Origin: Gammaproteobacteria bacterium
GTDB lineage: Bacteria > Pseudomonadota > Gammaproteobacteria > Eutrophobiales > Eutrophobiaceae
Reading direction: 5' to 3'
Length of the DNA stretch: 64,000 bases
NCBI GenBank assembly: GCA_963422205.2
Contig: CAXMWX010000007.1
Span: forward strand, 32,001-96,000
Shown here: one piece after another, positions 10,396 through 18,630 of the stretch
How positions within the stretch are numbered: position 1 is the stretch's first letter
How the letters are laid out: the number at the start of each line of letters is the position of its first letter
Position numbers and translations under genes: made by a program
Notes under the pieces: model-generated
Told to the model about the DNA's origin: nothing
The model's input: only the letters and a program-made list of their open reading frames with translations
Database searches by the model: none

Positions 10396-10617
10396 TCAGT
10401 CGTTGGCGTAGACAGTCGGGTCGGTGATGCTGGCCGCTGTGAAGCCCTGACGCCGAAACCGACAGGCATCACAACGGCCACATGCCTGGCCTGCTTCGTC
10501 TGCCTGATAGCAGGAGATAGTGAGATCATAATCCACACCAAGGCGGCTTCCCGTTCGAATGATCTGTGCCTTGTTCATGCCGATCAAGGGCGTATGGATA
10601 GCAAAAGACTGGCCGGC
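10396..10617 (-). pseudogene. queC: Isolated 3' fragment of 7-cyano-7-deazaguanine synthase
   Basis: [46 protein letters not shown] Zn-binding C-terminus; no SGGxDS N-terminus seen upstream. Confidence 0.8.
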
Positions 10618-11135
10618 AAGCGGGCATGGATGATGGGATGGGGATGGTGGATAACCAGGGAGGCGACCTGGTCTGGTGGCGGCTGAGAGGATGGTGATGA
10701 CTTTTCTGGCTGATGCGGGCTGTTGTGGGGGTAGTGGTCACAGGGATGACTGGATTAAGCAATGCCCGGCATTGATGAGTGTTAAGCCAGGAGACAAGCG
10801 AAAGATGGCTGGGCTAAGTGGGAGTGAGTCAGAGATAATCAGAGGGCGCCCTGGCTCATGCTGACGTCCGCTTGAGGGGCAAACCGCAGGCAGTGATGGG
10901 TGTTAAGCGAATGAGATAGTGACAGATGGTCGGGGAGGTGCCGGGGTATGCAGGGATGACTGAAGTTGAGTAGCGCAATTACGCCGGTATCAGTTAGGAA
11001 TGAGGCAAGGCCGCTCGCCATGCCGTATGTAATCTGCCTTGTTGGCAAGGTGATGGATTGCAAGTGCGGTGATCCGATCAGGCGGGCGTGAATTGACTAC
11101 CCGCAACCGGGCGATTATGCTTACCCGCTAGAGCC

Positions 11136-11711
11136 ATGTCCATCCCCGCCCGTAAAACTCACCCCAGTGCGACCTATCAGGATGTGCTGGATGCACCGCC
11201 GCACAAGGTGGCAGAAGTCATCTATGGCGTGCTGCGGATGCAACCCCGCCCGGCGATGGGGCATGCGCGGGCGAGCTCAATCATCGGGGGTGAGTTGGTT
11301 AATCCCTTTGACCGAGGTCGGGGCGGCCCGGGCGGCTGGTGGATTATTGATGAGCCGGAGTTGCACTTCGGTCAGGATATTCTGGTGCCCGATCTCGCTG
11401 GCTGGCGACGTGAGACCATGCCGGTGTATCCGGATGCGGCTTACTGTACGATTGCCCCGGACTGGGTCTGTGAGGTATTATCGCCCTCAACCCGCCAGCT
11501 CGATTTGACCGACAAGCGCGACATCTATGCCCGTGAAGAGGTCACTTACCTGTGGTTTGTCGACCCGGACGTGCGTACGCTGGAGGCATTTCAACTTAAA
11601 GGTGGCGCATGGTCGCTGATCGCCTCATTAGCCGGTGATGCCGCCGTCTCCGTTCCCCCGTTTGATGCCATCAGTTTTCCGCTGGCTGCGCTATGGCCGG
11701 ATACGGAATAA
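11136..11711 (+). CDS. Uma2 family (DUF820) PD-(D/E)xK-like endonuclease, copy 1
   Basis: EPELH..VPDLAGW..APDWVCEVLSPST..DK..Y..YLWFVDP. Confidence 0.92.
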   Translation: MSIPARKTHPSATYQDVLDAPPHKVAEVIYGVLRMQPRPAMGHARASSIIGGELVNPFDRGRGGPGGWWIIDEPELHFGQDILVPDLAGWRRETMPVYPDAAYCTIAPDWVCEVLSPSTRQLDLTDKRDIYAREEVTYLWFVDPDVRTLEAFQLKGGAWSLIASLAGDAAVSVPPFDAISFPLAALWPDTE

Positions 11712-11767
11712 AGTTAGGGGTTTGCAACACTGCTTATGATCTCACGTGCTAATCTAAGGATATATAA

Positions 11768-12352
11768 ATGATGCCCACACCTGCCCGTAAAACTCATCCA
11801 GTCGCCACCTATCAGGATGTGCTGGATGCACCGCCGCACAAGGTGGCTGAGATTATCGCCGGTACGCTGTACATGAATCCCAGGCCAGCGATGCGGCATG
11901 CCTGGGTGAGTTCTGTTATGGGCGGGGAGCTGTTCAACCCCTTTGGTCGTGGTCGCGGCGGCCCCGGTGGCTGGTGGATTATCGATGAGCCGGAGTTGCA
12001 CTTCGGTCAGGATATTCTGGTGCCCGATCTCGCTGGCTGGCGACGTGAGACCATGCCGGTGTATCCGGATGCGGCTTACTGTACGATTGCCCCGGACTGG
12101 GTCTGTGAGGTATTATCGCCCTCAACCCGGCAGCTGGACTTGACGGACAAGCGCGACATCTATGCCCGTGAGGGGGTCACTTACCTGTGGTTTGTCGACC
12201 CGGACGTGCGTACGCTGGAGGCGTTTCAACTTAAAGGTGGCCTATGGTCGCTGATCGCCTCATTAGCCGGTGATGCCGCCGTCTCTGTTCCCCCTTTTGA
12301 TGCCATCAGTTTTCCGCTGGCTGCGCTATGGCCGGATGGGGAAGGCGATTGA
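11768..12352 (+). CDS. Uma2 family (DUF820) endonuclease, copy 2
   Basis: Tandem paralog offset 635 nt from copy 1, same motifs. Confidence 0.92.
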   Translation: MMPTPARKTHPVATYQDVLDAPPHKVAEIIAGTLYMNPRPAMRHAWVSSVMGGELFNPFGRGRGGPGGWWIIDEPELHFGQDILVPDLAGWRRETMPVYPDAAYCTIAPDWVCEVLSPSTRQLDLTDKRDIYAREGVTYLWFVDPDVRTLEAFQLKGGLWSLIASLAGDAAVSVPPFDAISFPLAALWPDGEGD

Positions 12353-12577
12353 TCTAATCGTAGCCATTATCCTTTTACTCTCGAATGCCTTTACGGGCAT
12401 CTCATCTGGTATGTTGCCATCAAGGTAAGATCATCCGCTGTCAGTTACGGGAGATGATCGGCGAGTCGATCGGTCTGAAAAGTAGCCGGGTGATGTGTGC
12501 CTGCCATATCTGCCCTCAATGAGTACAGTCCCTCTTATAATTTGCTACAATTTGACGTAAACAGACGAAATGTGTGT

Positions 12578-13441
12578 ATGAATACCATCATTCATCATTT
12601 TTTTGATCCTGATACCCACACGTTCAGCTACCTGGTCGCCGACCGGAACACAGGGGCGTGTGCAGTGATTGATGCCGTCAAGGACTTTGATTATCACTCC
12701 GGCCGAACACACACGCGCTCTGCCGATGAGATCATCCGCACCATCGAACAGGAAAAATACCAGTTGGAATGGATACTGGAGACCCATATCCATGCCGATC
12801 ATCTGTCGGCTGCCTCCTGCATTAAAGAGACGCTGGGCGGCAAGATCGGCATAGGCGAGAAGATCACGGAGGTACAGGAAATATTTCTCACCATTTTCAA
12901 TGCAGAAGAGGGGTTTAGGCCGGATGGCAGGCAGTTTGATCATCTGTTCTGCGATGCTGAGACCTTTACCATCGGCACACTGGAAGGCACTGTTCTGCAT
13001 ACACCGGGCCACACGCCCGCCTGTGTCACCTATGCGATTGCCGGCCGGTTATTCGTTGGCGATACGGTATTCATGCCGGATGTGGGTACGGCGAGGGCGG
13101 ATTTTCCGGGGGGTGATCCGAGACAGCTCTATCGCTCGATTAAAAAGATCCTCGCCTACCCTGATGATACCCGCATCATGATCTGCCACGATTATCCACC
13201 GGATGGTCGCACTACTACCCGCTTTCAGACCACCGTGGCCGAGCAGCGCCGTGATAATATCCAGGTGCATGATGGTATCCGTGAAGCTGACTACATCGCA
13301 CTCCGGGCAGCACGGGATAACACCCTGCCGATGCCAACGCTGATGATTCCCTCAGTACAAATCAACATACGAGGAGGTAAACTGCCACCCATTGAAAAAA
13401 ACGGTGTGCGCTATATCAAAGTGCCGCTGGATTTGCTTTAG
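12578..13441 (+). CDS. MBL-fold persulfide dioxygenase (ETHE1/Blh-like)
   Basis: ETHIHADHLS, HTPGHTPAC, GDTVFMPDVGTARADFPGG, CHDY; likely ATG 12578. Confidence 0.88.
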   Translation: MNTIIHHFFDPDTHTFSYLVADRNTGACAVIDAVKDFDYHSGRTHTRSADEIIRTIEQEKYQLEWILETHIHADHLSAASCIKETLGGKIGIGEKITEVQEIFLTIFNAEEGFRPDGRQFDHLFCDAETFTIGTLEGTVLHTPGHTPACVTYAIAGRLFVGDTVFMPDVGTARADFPGGDPRQLYRSIKKILAYPDDTRIMICHDYPPDGRTTTRFQTTVAEQRRDNIQVHDGIREADYIALRAARDNTLPMPTLMIPSVQINIRGGKLPPIEKNGVRYIKVPLDLL

Positions 13442-13637
13442 GCCGCTTTGATCAGGCTGGCAACTGCTTGCCTGATGTTGACCGACAGACGGTCATGGCC
13501 TGGCAGGTCCGGCACATCTGCTCACAGCGCTTGAGTTCAGGCCGCCGGCCGTCTTAACAGAAGAATAGCTTAGGACTGAACTGACAGCGCATTATTAGTG
13601 CATTATTATTGCAACCCTGTAACCGGAGGTAGATAAC

Positions 13638-15008
13638 ATGATCCCCATTAACCACTTCAAGGCCGGTATGGCCGCTTTCGCCCTGCTCATCCCGCTGCTG
13701 CTGTCTTTTGCCCTGACCGCGCGGGCCGATGAGACCTGTATGTCGCCTTATATGGCCAAGATCGCCGGGCAGGAAGATTTTGTTTATGTCTGGACACTGG
13801 GCATGGAGGGGCTGGGCGATGAGCAGGACAAACTGGTCACCATCGCCGTCAATCCGGCATCTGCTGATTACGGCAGGATCGTGCATACGCTGTCAGTTGG
13901 CGGCAGAAATGAAGCACACCATTCCGGCCTGACCGATGACAGGCGTTACCTGTGGGCGGCGGGGCTGGATACCAGCAGGATTTTTATCTTTGATGTGCAT
14001 TCCGACCCGGCCCGGCCGGCATTGCACAAGAGCATCGATAATTTTGTGGCGCAAAGCGGCGGGGTGGTTGGCCCGCATACAGCCTATGCGCTGCCCGGGC
14101 GGATGTTGATTACCGCCCTGTCCAACGATAAAGATCACGGCGGCAGGACGGCAATGGTTGAATACACCAATGCCGGCGATTATGTAGCCACCTACTGGAT
14201 GCCGACCGATGAGCATCTCAACGGGGCGGTGAAATCGGGCAATTTCGCTGATGGCTATGGTTATGATGTGCGCGCCCTGCCCCGGCGTAACGTCATGGTC
14301 ACCTCCTCATTCACCGGCTGGAACAATTACATGATGGATCTCAGCAAGATGATGGCCGATGCCGAGGCGATGAAGCGCTTTGGCAATACCGTGGTGATAT
14401 GGGACCTGCACGCCAGGCAGCCGAAAAAGATCCTCGATGTGCCCGGTGCGCCCCTGGAGATTCGCTGTGCCTGGGGGGATAATAATAATTACTGTTTTAC
14501 CACCACAGCCCTGACCTCAAAAATCTGGTTAATCCATGAGGATGACAACGGCGACTGGCAGGCCAGCCCGGTGGCCGATATCGGCGATGCCAGCAAAATC
14601 CCGCTGCCGGTGGACATCTCCATCAGCGCCGATGATTCTCTGTTGTGGGTCAACACCTGGAATGACGGGCTGACCCGTGTCTATGACATCTCTGATCCGC
14701 ACCAGGCAAAGGCGATCTATCAGGAGAGAATTGGTCAGCAGGTCAATATGCTCTCGCAAAGCTGGGATGGCAGGCGAGTGTATTTCACCTCATCGTTGTT
14801 ATCTAACTGGGACAAAGCCGGCCCGGGCGATGATGTGCAATACTTCAAGGCGTATCTGTGGGATGGCGAGAAGCTGGCGCACCAGTTCAGCATTGACTTT
14901 ATCGGCGAGAAGCTGGGCGCACCTCATCAGATGCGTTTTGGCTCTTATGCGCTGTATGGCAAACCTCATCCGTCCACGTCCGTGAACGCTGTTGCTGCCC
15001 GGCCATAA
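13638..15008 (+). CDS. mtoX: Methanethiol oxidase (SBP56/selenium-binding protein family, periplasmic)
   Basis: GGAGG RBS, signal peptide, DETCMSPY..GQEDFVYVWTLG, NEAHH, FTGWNNY and SSLLSNWDK (candidate TTQ tryptophans); followed by SCO/MauG. Confidence 0.9.
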   Translation: MIPINHFKAGMAAFALLIPLLLSFALTARADETCMSPYMAKIAGQEDFVYVWTLGMEGLGDEQDKLVTIAVNPASADYGRIVHTLSVGGRNEAHHSGLTDDRRYLWAAGLDTSRIFIFDVHSDPARPALHKSIDNFVAQSGGVVGPHTAYALPGRMLITALSNDKDHGGRTAMVEYTNAGDYVATYWMPTDEHLNGAVKSGNFADGYGYDVRALPRRNVMVTSSFTGWNNYMMDLSKMMADAEAMKRFGNTVVIWDLHARQPKKILDVPGAPLEIRCAWGDNNNYCFTTTALTSKIWLIHEDDNGDWQASPVADIGDASKIPLPVDISISADDSLLWVNTWNDGLTRVYDISDPHQAKAIYQERIGQQVNMLSQSWDGRRVYFTSSLLSNWDKAGPGDDVQYFKAYLWDGEKLAHQFSIDFIGEKLGAPHQMRFGSYALYGKPHPSTSVNAVAARP

Positions 15009-16968
15009 CATCCAACCCGCCCGGCTTCTGTATCGGCCTCACCTGCCGGTCGCATCACATACGATCGGCAGCCTCCTGTTGTGCATGACGCTCTCTGCCC
15101 AGGCGCACAAAGAACATGACAGCGGGCATGACCAAGCGGCACCCGCCGCCATCCTGGCGCCCGGCTACCACAGCCTGACATTCACCGCACCGGCGGCGGG
15201 CAGTTACTCCCTGCCCGTCCTGTTCCAGGCCGCCGATGGACAGGTGCTGGATAGCGATGGCAACCGCATCAATTTACAGCAACTGCTAGGCGATAAATAT
15301 GTGTTGCTGAGTTTTATCTATACCTCCTGCGATGATGTCAATGGCTGCCCGCTGGCGACTTATGTGCTGGGGCAGGTGCAAAAGCGCATCGTTCGGGAAA
15401 CGTCCCTGAAAGATGTGGTACGCATGATCAGCATCAGCTTTGATTCGGAGAGGGATACCCCTGCCGTCATGAAAAATTACGCCGCACACTTTAACCCGGC
15501 CGGGTTTGACTGGCGGTTCCTGACCACAGCATCCGAGCGAGAATTACAACCGCTGCTGAAAAACTATAACCAGTCAGTCAGCAAGGCGACCGATGAGCAT
15601 GGCAATGAGACGGGCAATATCGCCCATATCCTGCGGGTGTTGCTGCTGGATAAGCAGGGTGCGGTCAGGAACATCTACAGCGTTGCTTTTTTACATGCAG
15701 ATACCCTGATTAACGATTTAAAGACGCTGCAAATCAGCGATAGCAGCACAGCCAGAAAGACCCCCTTGCCGCCGTCCTCTGCCGTGGTGCGGCCGGGGGC
15801 GGGCGATGATAAAACCGGGTATGAGCGGGACGATTACCGCACACAATCGAAAAGCCTCAGCCAGCGCACCGGCCGGCATAGTAACCTTCTGGCACAGGCA
15901 AGCCATCCGCCATCAGGGCTGGATAAGCCCGATATTCCGGCGGATAATCCGCTCACTGCCGCCAAGGTTCTGCTTGGCCGGCAGTTGTTTTTTGATCGGC
16001 GCTTGTCACACAATAACACCATCTCCTGTGCCATGTGCCATATCCCCGAACAGGGATTTACCAGCCAGGAGCTGGCCACGGCAGTGGGGATGGAGGGACG
16101 CACGGTTCGGCGTAATGCGCCGACACTCTACAACATCGCCTACGCAAAACGGCTGTTTCATGATGCGAGGGAGTTCAGCCTGGAACAGCAAATCTGGTCA
16201 CCCCTGCTGGCCCATAATGAAATGGCGAATCCTGCCATCGGCCATCTCCTGCACAAGCTACGCACATTGCCTGACTACCGACAGCGTTTTGCTGAAATCT
16301 TTCCCGATGAAGGCGTCACCATGGCGACCCTGGGCAAGGCACTGGCCAGCTACCAGCGCACCCTGATCTCCGCCAACAGCACCTTCGATCGCTGGTATTA
16401 CGGCAAAGAAGCAGATGCCATGACCGAGGAGGCCATCGCCGGTTTCCGTTTATTCACCGGCAAGGCAAACTGCATCCACTGTCACAGCATAGGCAAGAAA
16501 ACAGCCATGTTTACCGACCATCGGCTGCACAACACCGGCATCGGTTATCGGGCGTCCATGTATCCGCCACCGAGGCAGCGGCACGTACACATCGCCCCCG
16601 GCGCCACAGTCACGATAGACACGGCAGCCATCACCAGCACCAGTGAAACCCGCCCCGGTGATTTGGGCTATTATGAGATCAGCGGCGACCCGGCAGATCG
16701 CTGGAAATACCGCACCCCGACATTAAGAAATATTGCCCTGACAGCACCGTATATGCACGATGGCTCGCTGGCCACGTTAAGCGATGTGATCGCATTTTAT
16801 AATCGGGGGGGAGTCAGCAACGACCTGCTCGATCCCCTGCTCCGTCCGCTGGGGCTGGATGCGGCTGAGGCGGCGGCCTTGCTGGCGTTTTTACATGCGC
16901 TGACCGGCGATAACATCGAGACGGTGATCAGCGATGCCTTTGCCCAGCCGGTCGGCAATGTGGAATAA
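14992..16968 (+). CDS. SCO1/SenC - MauG/di-heme cytochrome c peroxidase fusion
   Basis: FIYTSCDDVNGCP SCO-like motif; CAMCH and CIHCH heme motifs; YRTPTLRNIALTAPYMHDGS; start uncertain. Confidence 0.88.
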   Translation: MLPGHNIQPARLLYRPHLPVASHTIGSLLLCMTLSAQAHKEHDSGHDQAAPAAILAPGYHSLTFTAPAAGSYSLPVLFQAADGQVLDSDGNRINLQQLLGDKYVLLSFIYTSCDDVNGCPLATYVLGQVQKRIVRETSLKDVVRMISISFDSERDTPAVMKNYAAHFNPAGFDWRFLTTASERELQPLLKNYNQSVSKATDEHGNETGNIAHILRVLLLDKQGAVRNIYSVAFLHADTLINDLKTLQISDSSTARKTPLPPSSAVVRPGAGDDKTGYERDDYRTQSKSLSQRTGRHSNLLAQASHPPSGLDKPDIPADNPLTAAKVLLGRQLFFDRRLSHNNTISCAMCHIPEQGFTSQELATAVGMEGRTVRRNAPTLYNIAYAKRLFHDAREFSLEQQIWSPLLAHNEMANPAIGHLLHKLRTLPDYRQRFAEIFPDEGVTMATLGKALASYQRTLISANSTFDRWYYGKEADAMTEEAIAGFRLFTGKANCIHCHSIGKKTAMFTDHRLHNTGIGYRASMYPPPRQRHVHIAPGATVTIDTAAITSTSETRPGDLGYYEISGDPADRWKYRTPTLRNIALTAPYMHDGSLATLSDVIAFYNRGGVSNDLLDPLLRPLGLDAAEAAALLAFLHALTGDNIETVISDAFAQPVGNVE

Positions 16969-16969
16969 G

Positions 16970-18304
16970 CTAAACCGGCTCGGCAAAATCCGTATCGTGC
17001 TTGAAAAACCACTCCCTGCCCTTGAGCATGTAATGCCAGTAAAAGAAAGGCAGTGCCGTGATCTTGATCCACCAGTTCAGCCAGCGCTCCTTGCGTGGGT
17101 CTAAGGGGAAAGTGGGCGTGACCTTGCCGCCATAAATAAATTCCGCCAGGATCGCCTTGCCGTAAGCCGTGGTCAGCGGACAGGAACCATAGCCATCGTA
17201 CCCTGAATCCAACTCCCCGCCCTTCAGCAGGGTCAGAATATTGCCGGCCACAACGGGCGACTGTTTGCGGATGGCCGCCGCCGTCTTGGAATTCGGCGTC
17301 GAACACGCATCCCCCAGCGCAAAGATATTTTTATGCTGGCGGTGCTGCATCGTATGCTGATCGACATCCACATACCCCGCCTCGTTTACCAGCGTGCTGG
17401 CCTTGAGAAAGTCGGCTGTCGGTTGTGGCGGGGTAAAGTGCAGCAGATCAAAACCCAGAGCGACCGACTCCCCGGCCTTATCGCCGCCCACCACCTGAAA
17501 GGTCGCAGTCTTGTTCCTGGCATCAATCGCCGTCAGGTTATGCTCAAAATGCACATGAATGCCATACCGATCGGCCACCTTCCGTAATTCTCTGGCAAAA
17601 AAAGGCACACCGAACATGCCGGGCGCATGCGTTAGAAAATGCAACTCGCAAGATGCAAGCAAGCCTTTCTTTTGCAGATAATCGGCGGCCAGATAGGCGA
17701 TTTTCTGTGGTGCGCCCGGGCATTTGAACGGCAAAGGCGGCTGGGTAAATAACAGCCTATCCCCTGATTTTACCTGTTGCAGAGACTCCCAGGTATATTC
17801 CACGTGCTCGGGCGAGTAATTACTGCAAATCTGCTGCGTGCCGAGCGCATCCGCCCCGGCAATACTCTCCCAGTCAAGCACCAGCCCGGGGCAGACAATC
17901 AGGTACTGATAGGCAATCACCTTACCATCGTCCAACATGAGTTGATTATTATACGGCTGAAAAGAGATCACGGCCTGTTGATGCCAGTGTACGCCCGTGG
18001 GGATGAGAGTCGCCTCCGGCCGGCGGGTTTGTTGTAATGTGTAACACCCGGCACCGACCAGTGTAAAAGCGGGCTGGTAGTAATGATGCTCGGCCGGGTC
18101 AATGATAGCGATATCGATATGCTGTCCGGCCTTGCGAGCCAGGCTCGCCGCCACAGTAATACCCGCCGCACCACCGCCGACAATGACAATCTGGTGTTGC
18201 TTGTCAGGCTGTCTGGCTGACGTATCATCCTCGCCCATCGGGAATTTACTGTCCGGATTACGCGGATTGCGTACCGTTGGATAAGTACCCTCTATATTGG
18301 CCAT
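16970..18304 (-). CDS. sqr: Sulfide:quinone oxidoreductase (type II-like flavoprotein)
   Basis: GGGAAG, HYYQPAFTLVG, KCPGAPQK, GYGSCPLTT. Confidence 0.85.
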   Translation of the reverse strand: MANIEGTYPTVRNPRNPDSKFPMGEDDTSARQPDKQHQIVIVGGGAAGITVAASLARKAGQHIDIAIIDPAEHHYYQPAFTLVGAGCYTLQQTRRPEATLIPTGVHWHQQAVISFQPYNNQLMLDDGKVIAYQYLIVCPGLVLDWESIAGADALGTQQICSNYSPEHVEYTWESLQQVKSGDRLLFTQPPLPFKCPGAPQKIAYLAADYLQKKGLLASCELHFLTHAPGMFGVPFFARELRKVADRYGIHVHFEHNLTAIDARNKTATFQVVGGDKAGESVALGFDLLHFTPPQPTADFLKASTLVNEAGYVDVDQHTMQHRQHKNIFALGDACSTPNSKTAAAIRKQSPVVAGNILTLLKGGELDSGYDGYGSCPLTTAYGKAILAEFIYGGKVTPTFPLDPRKERWLNWWIKITALPFFYWHYMLKGREWFFKHDTDFAEPV

Positions 18305-18475
18305 GCTGTCTCTCCCAAGCCTTTCGAATATGCGTCTTTGAATTATAACGCGAAACGGCCTGCATAGGCGTTTTTTAAGCCGCCCAACATCCGTGCGGCG
18401 AATATGACAGGCGGTATGAAGAATCTGCCCTCGTTATTTTCTGGGGAATAGACTATACTGCGCCCGCAAGATACG

Positions 18476-18547
18476 TTGTCTGAGGAGCGTTGCGACGGGT
18501 ACTCTGCCCGCCAGGCTCAGGCAATGCTTCACCCCAACGACGCTCGC
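18476..18547 (+). ncRNA. SAH riboswitch upstream of metH
   Basis: GAGGAGCGTTGCGAC..CCAGGCTC..CAACGACGCTC; P1 ttgtctgag/ctcaggcaa; pseudoknot gagcgttg/cgacgctc. Confidence 0.88.
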
Positions 18548-18630
18548 TTGACTGTTTGCACGACAACAAAAGCGAGATGATCAGCCTGCTGTCCCGCCCT
18601 GTTTGCCTGCAACTTACATGATGAGCGTGC

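Noticed and set aside
11136-12352. Diversity-generating retroelement TR/VR pair
   Set aside because: Differences are not adenine-specific, both copies are full ORFs, and no reverse transcriptase is in the window
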